Virus record (IMG/VR): IMGVR_UViG_3300021963_007958
DNA from: a virus
DNA length: 64,000 nt
Strand: one strand, 5' to 3'
The position numbers and the translations under genes were made by a program. Positions 39,020-47,693 of the stretch are shown one piece after another (positions within the stretch are counted from its first letter, which is position 1; every line of letters begins with the position of its first letter). The notes under the pieces were generated by a model. That model saw only the letters and a list, made by a program, of their open reading frames with translations. It was not told the DNA's origin and did no database searches.

Positions 39020-40639
39020 TTATGCTGGTGGGGCTTCTGCTGCTGCCGGTGCTGCTGCCGGTGCTGCTGCCGGTGCTGCTGGGGTAGCTCCTGCTGCCGG
39101 TGCTGCTCCCTCTTTTTTCTTCTCCTCTGCTTTCTTTCTAGCTTCTGCGTTTGCTCTGATATCGTCGCTAGTAAGACCCAAATAATTTTCAACTAGGTAT
39201 GGAACTGAGAAGAATCCTCCACCCGTGTCGTCGGTTAGAGTCATCAATTTATCAACAGATTCCTTTTTCTTTAGGATAATCTCCATTTCCTGATTTCTCT
39301 TAAATGGGTTATCCGAGACGTAATCAAGACCAAGTTGACTTTTAAACATGTAATCTTTCTCCAGTTCCGGGAAATCTTTACACATTTGAATCCACAGAGG
39401 CTTAATTAAAATGTCCTGAAAAGCAGTTCTAAGTCTATTGATAAACTTAGCAAATCTAATTTCCTGTTTGTCTAAACCCTCCGCTGCATTTGCATACTTT
39501 CCCATCGATCCCCCATCTGGACCATTAAATCTAGAATTAGGAACTTTAGATTCGTTAATCAGTTTGTCAAAAAAGTATGCTAAGGGTGCAGGGTCATTAA
39601 GGTTCGGCCCTACATTATTTAGAGGTTCAATAGTGGGGGTTCCGTTCACACCGGAAGGCATTAAGTAGTTTTTAAAGAACTGAATCTTCGGTGCTCCATT
39701 TACAAATAATTCTCCACTTTGATCGTTTAGGGAGATATCTTCTTTATAGATACTCATCAACTCTCCTAACGTCTGCATTCCTTTTTGTTGAGATCTAGTT
39801 CCGATTGGAACTGTCATCTTCATTCTGAAAGAAGCATTCATTACAGACCAAATAACCCTTGTGTATTCTATAATTCTAAGGATGTTATAAGGTCTAATAA
39901 GTCTTTCGGTGTAGCTGACTCTCGAAACTGTATTCCCCTTTGCATAAGAAATGTAGATAATCTGGGAGTCATATAGCATTCTTTTTCTCCTTGGATCTTT
40001 GAAATATTGCCACCAAACGTTCAGATAGCTTCCGTCATTTTGTTTTTCGACAGAAGGCATCAAAGTCATAGCATCGATCTCTTTGAATCCGATGATGTTT
40101 TTTCCTTTGTCGTCGTAGATAATTTCAAATGCAACATATCCGTCTACCAGGAATTGTCTGAAATACTGCCAAGCACTAATGTCGTCAGTGAATCCAAACA
40201 TGTCATACAATTTCTTGTAATTTTCGTTGATCTTATCGATGACTTTTTCCTTCAGTCCAGTTAGATTTAAGAAAGCAGGATATGCAAAAAAGTTATGAGA
40301 ATCGTATGTGATTGACTCGTCATTAACTACATCCAGGATGAATTCAATCTCAGGGTTTAGTGAAAATTTTCTAAGATAATCCCTTTTACCTTTGTAGTCC
40401 TTGTCAAAATAAGAAACATACTGTCTCGACGTGGTATCTTGTCTAGCCAGAGCATAGAGCATCGTCTCGTCCTCAATCATTCCTTTTTTGAGGAATGCTG
40501 CTTCGGTTTGACCGATGGCTTGAGAATTTTTAACCACCATGTCTCCATAGTTTAACCCAAAGTTACTTAGATTCTTTACTGAATCTCTAATTCTTTGGAA
40601 GATAGGACTACCTTGTGGATTTTCTAAAAAACCTGCCAT
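39020..40639 (-). CDS. portal protein, copy 1 (T4 gp20-like)
   Basis: FRQFLVDG, SYTERLIRPYNILRIIE, KVPNSRF, QEIRFAKFINRLR; Ala/Pro-rich C-terminal tail. Confidence 0.88.
   Translation of the reverse strand: MAGFLENPQGSPIFQRIRDSVKNLSNFGLNYGDMVVKNSQAIGQTEAAFLKKGMIEDETMLYALARQDTTSRQYVSYFDKDYKGKRDYLRKFSLNPEIEFILDVVNDESITYDSHNFFAYPAFLNLTGLKEKVIDKINENYKKLYDMFGFTDDISAWQYFRQFLVDGYVAFEIIYDDKGKNIIGFKEIDAMTLMPSVEKQNDGSYLNVWWQYFKDPRRKRMLYDSQIIYISYAKGNTVSRVSYTERLIRPYNILRIIEYTRVIWSVMNASFRMKMTVPIGTRSQQKGMQTLGELMSIYKEDISLNDQSGELFVNGAPKIQFFKNYLMPSGVNGTPTIEPLNNVGPNLNDPAPLAYFFDKLINESKVPNSRFNGPDGGSMGKYANAAEGLDKQEIRFAKFINRLRTAFQDILIKPLWIQMCKDFPELEKDYMFKSQLGLDYVSDNPFKRNQEMEIILKKKESVDKLMTLTDDTGGGFFSVPYLVENYLGLTSDDIRANAEARKKAEEKKKEGAAPAAGATPAAPAAAPAAAPAAAEAPPA
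39039..39107 (-). repeat. 12-bp tandem repeat encoding the (PAAA)n tail of portal 1
   Basis: gctgctgccggt repeated three times plus a partial copy. Confidence 0.8.
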
Positions 40640-40672
40640 TTAATGCTTTTTGTCTTTAAGTTATAGATCTTT

Positions 40673-41281
40673 TTATTGAATTAATTTCGACCTATAGTTA
40701 GTATATATCTCGTTAATAGATAACCCCTGGATCGAAGAATATTTTAGAAAGGGTAATTTTGACCAATCAGAATAGGATACCCACTTAATGTCTTTCATAA
40801 ATCTATATTTAAATCCGGTAAAAGATGTATTATATCCAGTTCCTTTAAATAATGGAGGGATACTTCTAGATTCTACCCTAATAACACTGGGAGATCCTCC
40901 CTTCTCAACTTTTTTAGTCCCCTCTTCTACTAGAGGTTTAAATTGATCATAGAACTTCTGGATTATCTCTAATCTTTGCTCCGGAGGGGTCACAGTTAAA
41001 TCAATTGACTTGATAACTATGTTTTCCCCTACCTTCTCTGAGGATAGGTAAAGGATAAGGGGGTTCCTATCTATAAACTGGACCTTTTCGCTAAGCTCGG
41101 TGTTCGTGTCATAGGTAAAGAAATAAATATTTCCGGGGATCAAAGTTCCGTCAAATTTATACTCCGCACCTGGACCATTAACTCCATACTTCTCCAAAAA
41201 ATATAAATCGGTATTTGTTGAAAGAGCAGAAACTGAGGGAGCAGATTTTCTGTATTCTATAACTTGTTCTCTGAAATCCAT
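40673..41281 (-). CDS. DNA end protector gp2-like protein
   Basis: PGNIYFFTYD..IDRNPLIL motif; adjacent to gp4. Confidence 0.6.
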   Translation of the reverse strand: MDFREQVIEYRKSAPSVSALSTNTDLYFLEKYGVNGPGAEYKFDGTLIPGNIYFFTYDTNTELSEKVQFIDRNPLILYLSSEKVGENIVIKSIDLTVTPPEQRLEIIQKFYDQFKPLVEEGTKKVEKGGSPSVIRVESRSIPPLFKGTGYNTSFTGFKYRFMKDIKWVSYSDWSKLPFLKYSSIQGLSINEIYTNYRSKLIQ

Positions 41282-41285
41282 TTAT

Positions 41286-41768
41286 TTATGGGCTTTTAAA
41301 TAGGAAATTCTCGTCTATAACTCCAAAATTATAGTCTCTTTTTAAAGCCCATTCCTTTGCCGCCTTAAATTTAGCCTGGTTGGTAATCCAAATTTGCATC
41401 TTTTGATTATATGCTTTTAATTTCGCAAGGGTTTCCGGCGGGGTTATCACAGGTTTTTTATATTGAGATTCGGGTTTAATCTCTACGATCCATTCGGCTT
41501 CAGTACCATCATCTTTTAGAACCCTCATGTAAAAATCCACATTATAGGTGTGTTCTTTTTTATCAAGGGGATTATAATAGGGAATTTGGAGAGGCTCTGA
41601 AGACCACTTTAGAATCTTCTCGTTGGTGTCACAATATTTACAAAATCTAAATTCCCAGGAGGATCTAAAGATAATGTTGTGTGGATCTCCAATATATTTG
41701 TCAGGATAAAGAGGTTCGTAAAGGCCTGACTTGTATAATCCATTTGGCTTTACTTTCTTAATCGACAT
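41286..41768 (-). CDS. head completion nuclease (T4 gp4 / TnsA-like)
   Basis: YIGDPHNIIFRSSWE, WSSEPLQIPY, YNVDF, VEIKP, NQAKFKAA. Confidence 0.9.
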   Translation of the reverse strand: MSIKKVKPNGLYKSGLYEPLYPDKYIGDPHNIIFRSSWEFRFCKYCDTNEKILKWSSEPLQIPYYNPLDKKEHTYNVDFYMRVLKDDGTEAEWIVEIKPESQYKKPVITPPETLAKLKAYNQKMQIWITNQAKFKAAKEWALKRDYNFGVIDENFLFKSP

Positions 41769-41771
41769 AAT

Positions 41772-42128
41772 TTAAACGTTGTATGAATTTTCTTCTCCTG
41801 TGATATGAGAAAAAGGAATGGTTTTAGGAGCTTTTGGGGGATGTATTTTCTTCCATCCTTTTGCAAATCCATTCTTAGCAATCTGTGTATAGTATGCAAA
41901 TGGATTATTTGATTTAGCAGGATCAAATCTGTTCCAGTATTTGCAGAGATCCTCCATAGCAAAAGCCATACAGTCCTCCTTGTCTTCTGGGTCTTTATAA
42001 GCCATCTTTTTAGAGATACCATTGATCATAAGATAAAACATTCTTATGGTTTCGGGAGTCAAAGCTCCCTTTTCTTTGGACTCTAAAATCGCCTTCATCA
42101 ATTCTGAGTTTTTAACGTAGTCTGCCAT
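41772..42128 (-). CDS. late transcription sigma factor (T4 gp55-like), short
   Basis: YVKNSEL start and RFDPAKSNNPFAYYTQIAKN, characteristic of gp55. Confidence 0.82.
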   Translation of the reverse strand: MADYVKNSELMKAILESKEKGALTPETIRMFYLMINGISKKMAYKDPEDKEDCMAFAMEDLCKYWNRFDPAKSNNPFAYYTQIAKNGFAKGWKKIHPPKAPKTIPFSHITGEENSYNV

Positions 42129-42152
42129 CTTTAATATTTTAGTGTAAAAAAT

Positions 42153-42192
42153 AAATCCGCACTTAATGTATTATATCATTTAGTGCGGATTT
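42153..42192 (-). terminator. terminator-like hairpin with TATAAT in its loop
   Basis: AAATCCGCACT-T-AATG / CATT-T-AGTGCGGATTT, followed by ATTTTTT on the minus strand. Confidence 0.7.
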
Positions 42193-42212
42193 GGTTTCGG
42201 GAAGTTTCCCTA

Positions 42213-42851
42213 TTAGTCCATGTCGAACCAGCTCTTTTCTCCAGGCTCTGGAGCTTTTACTGCTGGTCTATAAGCTCTATCCGTTGTTCCGGTTAGAATT
42301 TTATTGATACTTCTATCGATCGCATCATAGTCAACTTGTTGAGATCCAGAAGGTTCTTTAACTACTTTTCTCATTAATTGATTATTAGCTCCAAGAAGTC
42401 TTGTTTTAATTAGCGTTCTAAGATTACCGTAAATCTGACCGTCCGTTAGGTTTGGTTTATCTACACTCTTGTGCCAGTCTTGAAGAACATCTTTTAGAGT
42501 TGTAGCAATTACTTCATCAAACTGCTCGTCGCTCAAATTGGACCATCTTCTTCTGAACTCGCCATAAGCTACAGAATTGATTAACTCGACAAGCATTTTA
42601 GCGAGTTTGTGGGTTACTGTTCTAACAGGTCTGCGGGGATTGCCTAGAACTTTAATATAAACTGTTTCCCCTTCTGCAAGAGATTTCTTAACCTCATCTG
42701 CAAGTTCTTTCTGGTCAATAAACTTTTTAGCCTCGAGAATAACCCCTTCAAAGTAGTTATCCGGCTGAACATCAATGAAGATATTTTCTCCTAAGTATAG
42801 AGGTTTAGATTCTACTAAGAAATTTTCAAAATTTGATAAGTTTTTCATCAT
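42213..42851 (-). CDS. divergent gp55-sigma-like paralog with capsid-targeting-like leader
   Basis: FIDQKELADEVKKSLAEG..VTHKLAKMLVELINSVA aligns by eye with YVKNSELMKAILESKEKG..LTPETIRMFYLMINGIS of the neighbour. Confidence 0.55.
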   Translation of the reverse strand: MMKNLSNFENFLVESKPLYLGENIFIDVQPDNYFEGVILEAKKFIDQKELADEVKKSLAEGETVYIKVLGNPRRPVRTVTHKLAKMLVELINSVAYGEFRRRWSNLSDEQFDEVIATTLKDVLQDWHKSVDKPNLTDGQIYGNLRTLIKTRLLGANNQLMRKVVKEPSGSQQVDYDAIDRSINKILTGTTDRAYRPAVKAPEPGEKSWFDMD

Positions 42852-42862
42852 TTAGTTCAGAA

Positions 42863-43198
42863 TTATTTCTTAATTGCTTTTTTAGCTTGTTTTCTAGCTT
42901 CATCTCCAATTTTATTTAGGAACTTCACATAGTCAACTGACTTAGTTTTTGTCAATGGATAATCTCCAATAAGATCGGATTTAATTCCAGAATCTTTTAC
43001 AGTGATTGAAGATTTTATTCCATCAATGTCTCTAGAAAGGGTTTCTCCACTCTCTTTATATCCATATGCCTTGGTAGCCATGTCGATGAAGTTCTTTTTG
43101 AATAAAGGATTAACAGCTGCTTTTCCTGCAGGTCCTTTTCCAAAAGCTTCGAATAATTCAGATTCGTTAATTTCTGAGTAAGATTTTAAATTTTTCAT
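42863..43198 (-). CDS. small putative internal head protein
   Basis: Leader MKNLKSYSEINESELFE; GATATATA at 43206-43213. Confidence 0.6.
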   Translation of the reverse strand: MKNLKSYSEINESELFEAFGKGPAGKAAVNPLFKKNFIDMATKAYGYKESGETLSRDIDGIKSSITVKDSGIKSDLIGDYPLTKTKSVDYVKFLNKIGDEARKQAKKAIKK

Positions 43199-43217
43199 AG
43201 TTATCTATATATCAATT

Positions 43218-43402
43218 TTATTCTTTGTCTTCTCCCTCTTCGTCTTCACGAGAAATGAGTGTATCTTCAGATTTTTTCGGTTTCCCGTCTGGAGCTACAC
43301 TCATTTTTCCTTCAGAACTTTCAATATCAGGTTGGGATTTTTTTCCTTCTGCTTCCTCATTTTCGGGAGCAAAAGCCCAAACTTTGCTAAGAGCTGACTT
43401 TA
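43218..43402 (-). CDS. probable -1 frameshift extension of the 989-aa protein
   Basis: Open frame LKSALSKVWAFAPENEEAEGKKSQPDIESSEGKMSVAPDGKPKK...KE* begins after an A9 run and fills the gap to the next promoter. Confidence 0.6.
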
Positions 43403-46369
43403 ATTTTTTTTTAATTCTGGACTAGGTCTGTCAAATCCTTCATTTACGAAAATCGATTGAAGCATTTTTTGTACCTCTTCAGAATCTTTATTCTCCATGA
43501 TGAAGTTCTTAATTCCATCTAGAGTTAATTCGGTTGGAGATGAATTTTCTCCTTCTCCAATATTGTAACCCATTTCAGCGTTAAGCTCATAATCAACTTC
43601 TCCGTCTGCACCTTTTGAAGGTGTTTCTGCTAAGTCTGCAGTATCCAAATTGTCAATATCTGCATTATTAGAAGCTTTAGCATCCAAATATTCAACTTCA
43701 TATCCTGCGTCTCCTTCTACTTTCCCTGGGGAAGTAGCGAAGTTTGGATCTGTTGTGTCTTTAGAAGGAACCTTAGAACCTTTTTCTGGAGCTGTTACTA
43801 GCTCTGCAGTATCAAGATTGTCGATCTCTGGACTGCTAGCTTTAGGAAGGTCGATCTTAATTGCATATCCTGAGTCTCCGACTTGTGCGCCTGGTGCAGT
43901 AGCAAGAGCTGGATCTAATTTAGAAAGATCCGACTCGTCCATTTTAGATTTTCCCGATCCCGGAGCAACCGCCATGTTGGAATTTCCAGTGATCTCAGGC
44001 TTCTTAGAAGCTTTAGGATCTGGATATTCAACTTTATAATCTGCATCTCCCTCTTCTTTACCGGGGGTAGAAGCTAAATTCATAGCCTTTAGTCCAGACT
44101 TTTCCCATTCTGTAGCCATGTTAGTTCCTTTAGGTTTTCCTTGAGGAGCAGTAGCTAGTGAAGGTTGGTTAGATTCTTCTAGATTATACCCGTTTTCGTC
44201 GTTTACTTCGTAGTCGGTAGGCTTATTTTTGCTTTCTGGTGCTTCTTCTAGATTTGCATCTTTAAGATTTTCAACGTCTTTCTTTCCGTCTTGGTCTTGA
44301 GTCTTAGCAGATGGAGCTGCAGAAGTGCTAGCTTTTAACACTTGAGCTGGAGTTTTACCGTGAACTAATTTACCAGTAGATGGGGCTTTTGCTAAAGGAG
44401 TGCTAGACTCTTTTACACCTTCGCCTTCTTCTGCGTTCTCGTCTGAAGATTTTTGGAATGCATCTTCAAGATCAACGATATCTTCTACTCCAAAATCACC
44501 GGTCTTTCCACTATCCAAAAGAACAGTGTAAGAACCTGATGTAGTATCTACTGAAATAATCTTTCCAGTATTTCCGTTTTCTTTAACTTTAACGTAATCC
44601 CCAACTGTGAATTTAGAATCTTCCATTAGATCTTCAATCACGGTAGGATTATTTTCAATAGAATCTAATTCTGCATTGATAGTAGACCATTTAGACTTAA
44701 GAGTCTGAAGTTCTTTTTCAAGAATAGAATAAGCTTGTGAAAGCTGGTTAGATCCTTTGAATAGAGGATTTGAAGCCACTAGGGTTTCGATCTTCTTCAT
44801 TTCACCTTCTACGATAGCAATGTTATCTATAACTTTCTTTCTATCGTTAATCATGATGGACTTAATCTTTCTCTCGCCATCCAAGAATTCAGTTAAACCT
44901 TCTGAAACGTCGTATTTCAAGAAGTCTTTAACGATGTTAGCTGCTTGAGATCCGTTAACTGCAAATAGAGAATTTTCTCTCATTGCTTCGTTAACCTTCT
45001 GAAGATACATCTTTCCGTCCCACTTAATCAAACTAACAGAAGCACCTTCGTAAACCTTAGAAACGATAGACTTAGCAAAGTCTAGATCTACAATTTTATC
45101 AAAGTTTTCGTAAAGTCTAATTGTATCAGAGATGAGTTTATTTTCGTTGGTTGCAAGTCCTCTTGAAACCTTCAAAGTGATAAGCTTTGCAAGCTGGTTG
45201 TAATCACCAAATTTAGCAAGATCATCATTTAGGTAGATTCTAGTTTCTTCGTTTTCTTCAACAATAGAAATTCTAGTGTCTCCAGCATAAATGGAAATTC
45301 CATTCTCGTTAACTTTAACACCTTCTGTGTAGAAAGTCTCAAGGAGACCCAAGAATTCTTTGTCCATATTAGCAACATCTCTATTAGAAAGTTTTCTAAC
45401 TCCTTCAGAGCTACCTTCAAATAAAGTTTTACCGATTGCAAAAATAGTTTTATTGTTTTCAACTAGTACAGGAGAATAAATTTTTCTGATTTCAGAATTT
45501 CCGTTGATAGTAGGAATATTCATTTTAGAATCATTTGTCTCAAGAAGAGTTAAATTATTAATAAGGTTCTTAACAACTGGGTTGAAAGACCAAACTCTAA
45601 GTTCTTTTGAAAGGGCAGGAATAGATTTGGATTCAGAAACTAACCATTTAGAGATTGATTCTTTAACAGGAGTATAGAAGTCAGAGCTTCCTGTGTTCTC
45701 GATTTGATACAAAGCTTTAGAAACTTCGATTTCTGGTCTAAGAGTATTGCAAGACTCAGCAACTCTATTTACTGCAGCTTTAACGCTGCTGTCCCACGAG
45801 AAGTTAGAGAAGTCAGAGATGAAATTCTCAGCAACCCAATACTCAGGAACGTTTTTGTTCTTTAGAATATTAACGTAGTTCTCGCAAAGAATTTTAAAAT
45901 TACCATGCTCGTAGATACCTCTCTTAGAAAGTTCTAGGATAGATTCTAGAATCCCTAAGTTTTCAACTTTGTTGGAATCAACAAATGAAGCAGCAGACTT
46001 GTCGAACTTCGCCATTCCCTCAAGAGCTTCGTTTAATTTATTTTGAATCTCGCTAGATGGCTTTTGCTCTTCTTCTGCCCCGTCTACATAAGAACCAGAG
46101 TTCTTAGAAGGATTGAAGGAATTAAGTCCTCCCCAAGATTCAGCAAGCATTTTAGCTCTAGATTTAGATCTCTCTAGCTCTTCATTTCTTAGAGCTTCGA
46201 TTGGAGAGATTGTGTTCTCTTCTCTAGATTCTATGGCTTCCACAACCTGAGATTCAGTAATAGAAGTGTTTCCCTTCTTCAGTTCAGTGATGTAGGTTTC
46301 ACACAAATCTTTAACTTCTCTGGATTGAGTAGTTTCTTTTAGATTTTGTAGTTTGTTTATTAAATCCAT
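43400..46369 (-). CDS. large prohead core/internal protein with acidic LATAP-type repeats
   Basis: 989 aa; many (L/I)xE motifs, KOW-like FTVGDYVKVK and degenerate C-terminal repeats; GATATATA at 46393-46400. Confidence 0.6.
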   Translation of the reverse strand: MDLINKLQNLKETTQSREVKDLCETYITELKKGNTSITESQVVEAIESREENTISPIEALRNEELERSKSRAKMLAESWGGLNSFNPSKNSGSYVDGAEEEQKPSSEIQNKLNEALEGMAKFDKSAASFVDSNKVENLGILESILELSKRGIYEHGNFKILCENYVNILKNKNVPEYWVAENFISDFSNFSWDSSVKAAVNRVAESCNTLRPEIEVSKALYQIENTGSSDFYTPVKESISKWLVSESKSIPALSKELRVWSFNPVVKNLINNLTLLETNDSKMNIPTINGNSEIRKIYSPVLVENNKTIFAIGKTLFEGSSEGVRKLSNRDVANMDKEFLGLLETFYTEGVKVNENGISIYAGDTRISIVEENEETRIYLNDDLAKFGDYNQLAKLITLKVSRGLATNENKLISDTIRLYENFDKIVDLDFAKSIVSKVYEGASVSLIKWDGKMYLQKVNEAMRENSLFAVNGSQAANIVKDFLKYDVSEGLTEFLDGERKIKSIMINDRKKVIDNIAIVEGEMKKIETLVASNPLFKGSNQLSQAYSILEKELQTLKSKWSTINAELDSIENNPTVIEDLMEDSKFTVGDYVKVKENGNTGKIISVDTTSGSYTVLLDSGKTGDFGVEDIVDLEDAFQKSSDENAEEGEGVKESSTPLAKAPSTGKLVHGKTPAQVLKASTSAAPSAKTQDQDGKKDVENLKDANLEEAPESKNKPTDYEVNDENGYNLEESNQPSLATAPQGKPKGTNMATEWEKSGLKAMNLASTPGKEEGDADYKVEYPDPKASKKPEITGNSNMAVAPGSGKSKMDESDLSKLDPALATAPGAQVGDSGYAIKIDLPKASSPEIDNLDTAELVTAPEKGSKVPSKDTTDPNFATSPGKVEGDAGYEVEYLDAKASNNADIDNLDTADLAETPSKGADGEVDYELNAEMGYNIGEGENSSPTELTLDGIKNFIMENKDSEEVQKMLQSIFVNEGFDRPSPELKKN

Positions 46370-46463
46370 TTTCCTGTTATTTTTTTACAGATTATATATC
46401 TTTCCTCAGTTGAGGAAATTTTTCTCTTATATATTCAATCTTTTTCTAAAAATTGTTATTTTT

Positions 46464-47009
46464 TTATCTTGCTACCATTATTTCTAACTTAACGTTCATG
46501 GCATCGTGAGGGTTTGTGATTGTTATTCCACCACCAGGGAAAGCAATGTCCTGGTCCGAAAGGTTCCATCCAATAAGTTCAGAGTTGATGGATCCAGCAG
46601 GATTACCGGATAAAATCATCAATTCACCAAGAGGATACGTGTTTCCTTCATATGTCCAGGTTAAATACTTCTGGTTCTGAGGAGTTCCGTTCGTTGGTCT
46701 TGGATATCCAGGGACAAAAGGGAGTTCCGAATTATAAAGAATCGGATTTACTGGTGCGGGATAAATAACCTTAATTGCAATCCATCTAACAAATCCTTCA
46801 TTATCTACCAGATCGGTCTGACTTAGCATTACCGAGGTACTTGCCTTTAAACTTATTTTAATTCTAGAGTAAGCACTAACTCCCAAAAGAATATCAGAAA
46901 GATTAAAGAATGTAGTTTTTACTCCTCCTTCTTCCAGCACAAATTTATCTTTGAAGAAGATAAATCCAGGAACTGTTCCAGGAGGACATATAATAGGTCT
47001 AGTTGCCAT
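46464..47009 (-). CDS. virion structural protein (paralog of 47009..47689)
   Basis: Shared W.Y...Y.+G++M+L+G...GW...G..+TNP.D..V+L.I+.A pattern. Confidence 0.55.
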   Translation of the reverse strand: MATRPIICPPGTVPGFIFFKDKFVLEEGGVKTTFFNLSDILLGVSAYSRIKISLKASTSVMLSQTDLVDNEGFVRWIAIKVIYPAPVNPILYNSELPFVPGYPRPTNGTPQNQKYLTWTYEGNTYPLGELMILSGNPAGSINSELIGWNLSDQDIAFPGGGITITNPHDAMNVKLEIMVAR

Positions 47010-47689
47010 TAGTTAGCGGTTAATATTGTTAATCTCACCGTAAAGTCTGTAGGATTAGTAAAGACAAATCCAGGAGTAATTCCATCGTAATCGGGTTCTA
47101 GAGTAGGATCTACCTGCCATCCCTTCCAATTGGAACTGGTTTTAACTGCTCCGGTTAAAACCATAAATTGACCCATCGCATATCTAGGGGAGTTTTTATA
47201 GTTCCAATAGATAATATTATATGGATCTTCTACTAAATGAGGTAGATATTCGGCCTGAGCCATTAAAAGGCTAACTTCTCCAAACGTCTCGTCAAAGTTT
47301 CCGATGTCAAAGTTGATAGAGGAAAGAGGGGCAAGATTAAAAGTTTGCTTTTGATAGTTACTGAAAGACTGAATTGGGTGAAAGAAAGAAACCAAATTTA
47401 AAGTCTCTTCTGTGTATTTCTGCCAAGAAACATTGATTGCAGTATTATAAAATCTAACATTATGAGGATCATTAAAATCTGCAAATGTTAAATTTACTCT
47501 TCTCAGAGCTGTTTTATTTATCGCTATGATTGCATAGTCGACTTTAAATGCTGCAGAAGCACCAGGAGGAAGAACAGAGGTGCTATTTCCGTCTGCAAGC
47601 TCCAATAAGCTTGTATTGTACGCGTTTCCTCCGTCGTAGTTATATCCAGTTGTTCCTAGATACGATGCAAATTCTCCTGTTGCTGACAT
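47009..47689 (-). CDS. virion structural protein (paralog of 46464..47009)
   Basis: WNYKNSPRYAMGQFMVLTG..GW..GFVFTNPTDFTVRLTILTAN. Confidence 0.55.
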   Translation of the reverse strand: MSATGEFASYLGTTGYNYDGGNAYNTSLLELADGNSTSVLPPGASAAFKVDYAIIAINKTALRRVNLTFADFNDPHNVRFYNTAINVSWQKYTEETLNLVSFFHPIQSFSNYQKQTFNLAPLSSINFDIGNFDETFGEVSLLMAQAEYLPHLVEDPYNIIYWNYKNSPRYAMGQFMVLTGAVKTSSNWKGWQVDPTLEPDYDGITPGFVFTNPTDFTVRLTILTAN

Positions 47690-47693
47690 CTTG

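Noticed and set aside
37412-40639. Portal duplication as an assembly artefact
   Set aside because: The copies differ throughout at nucleotide and protein level and have different termini.
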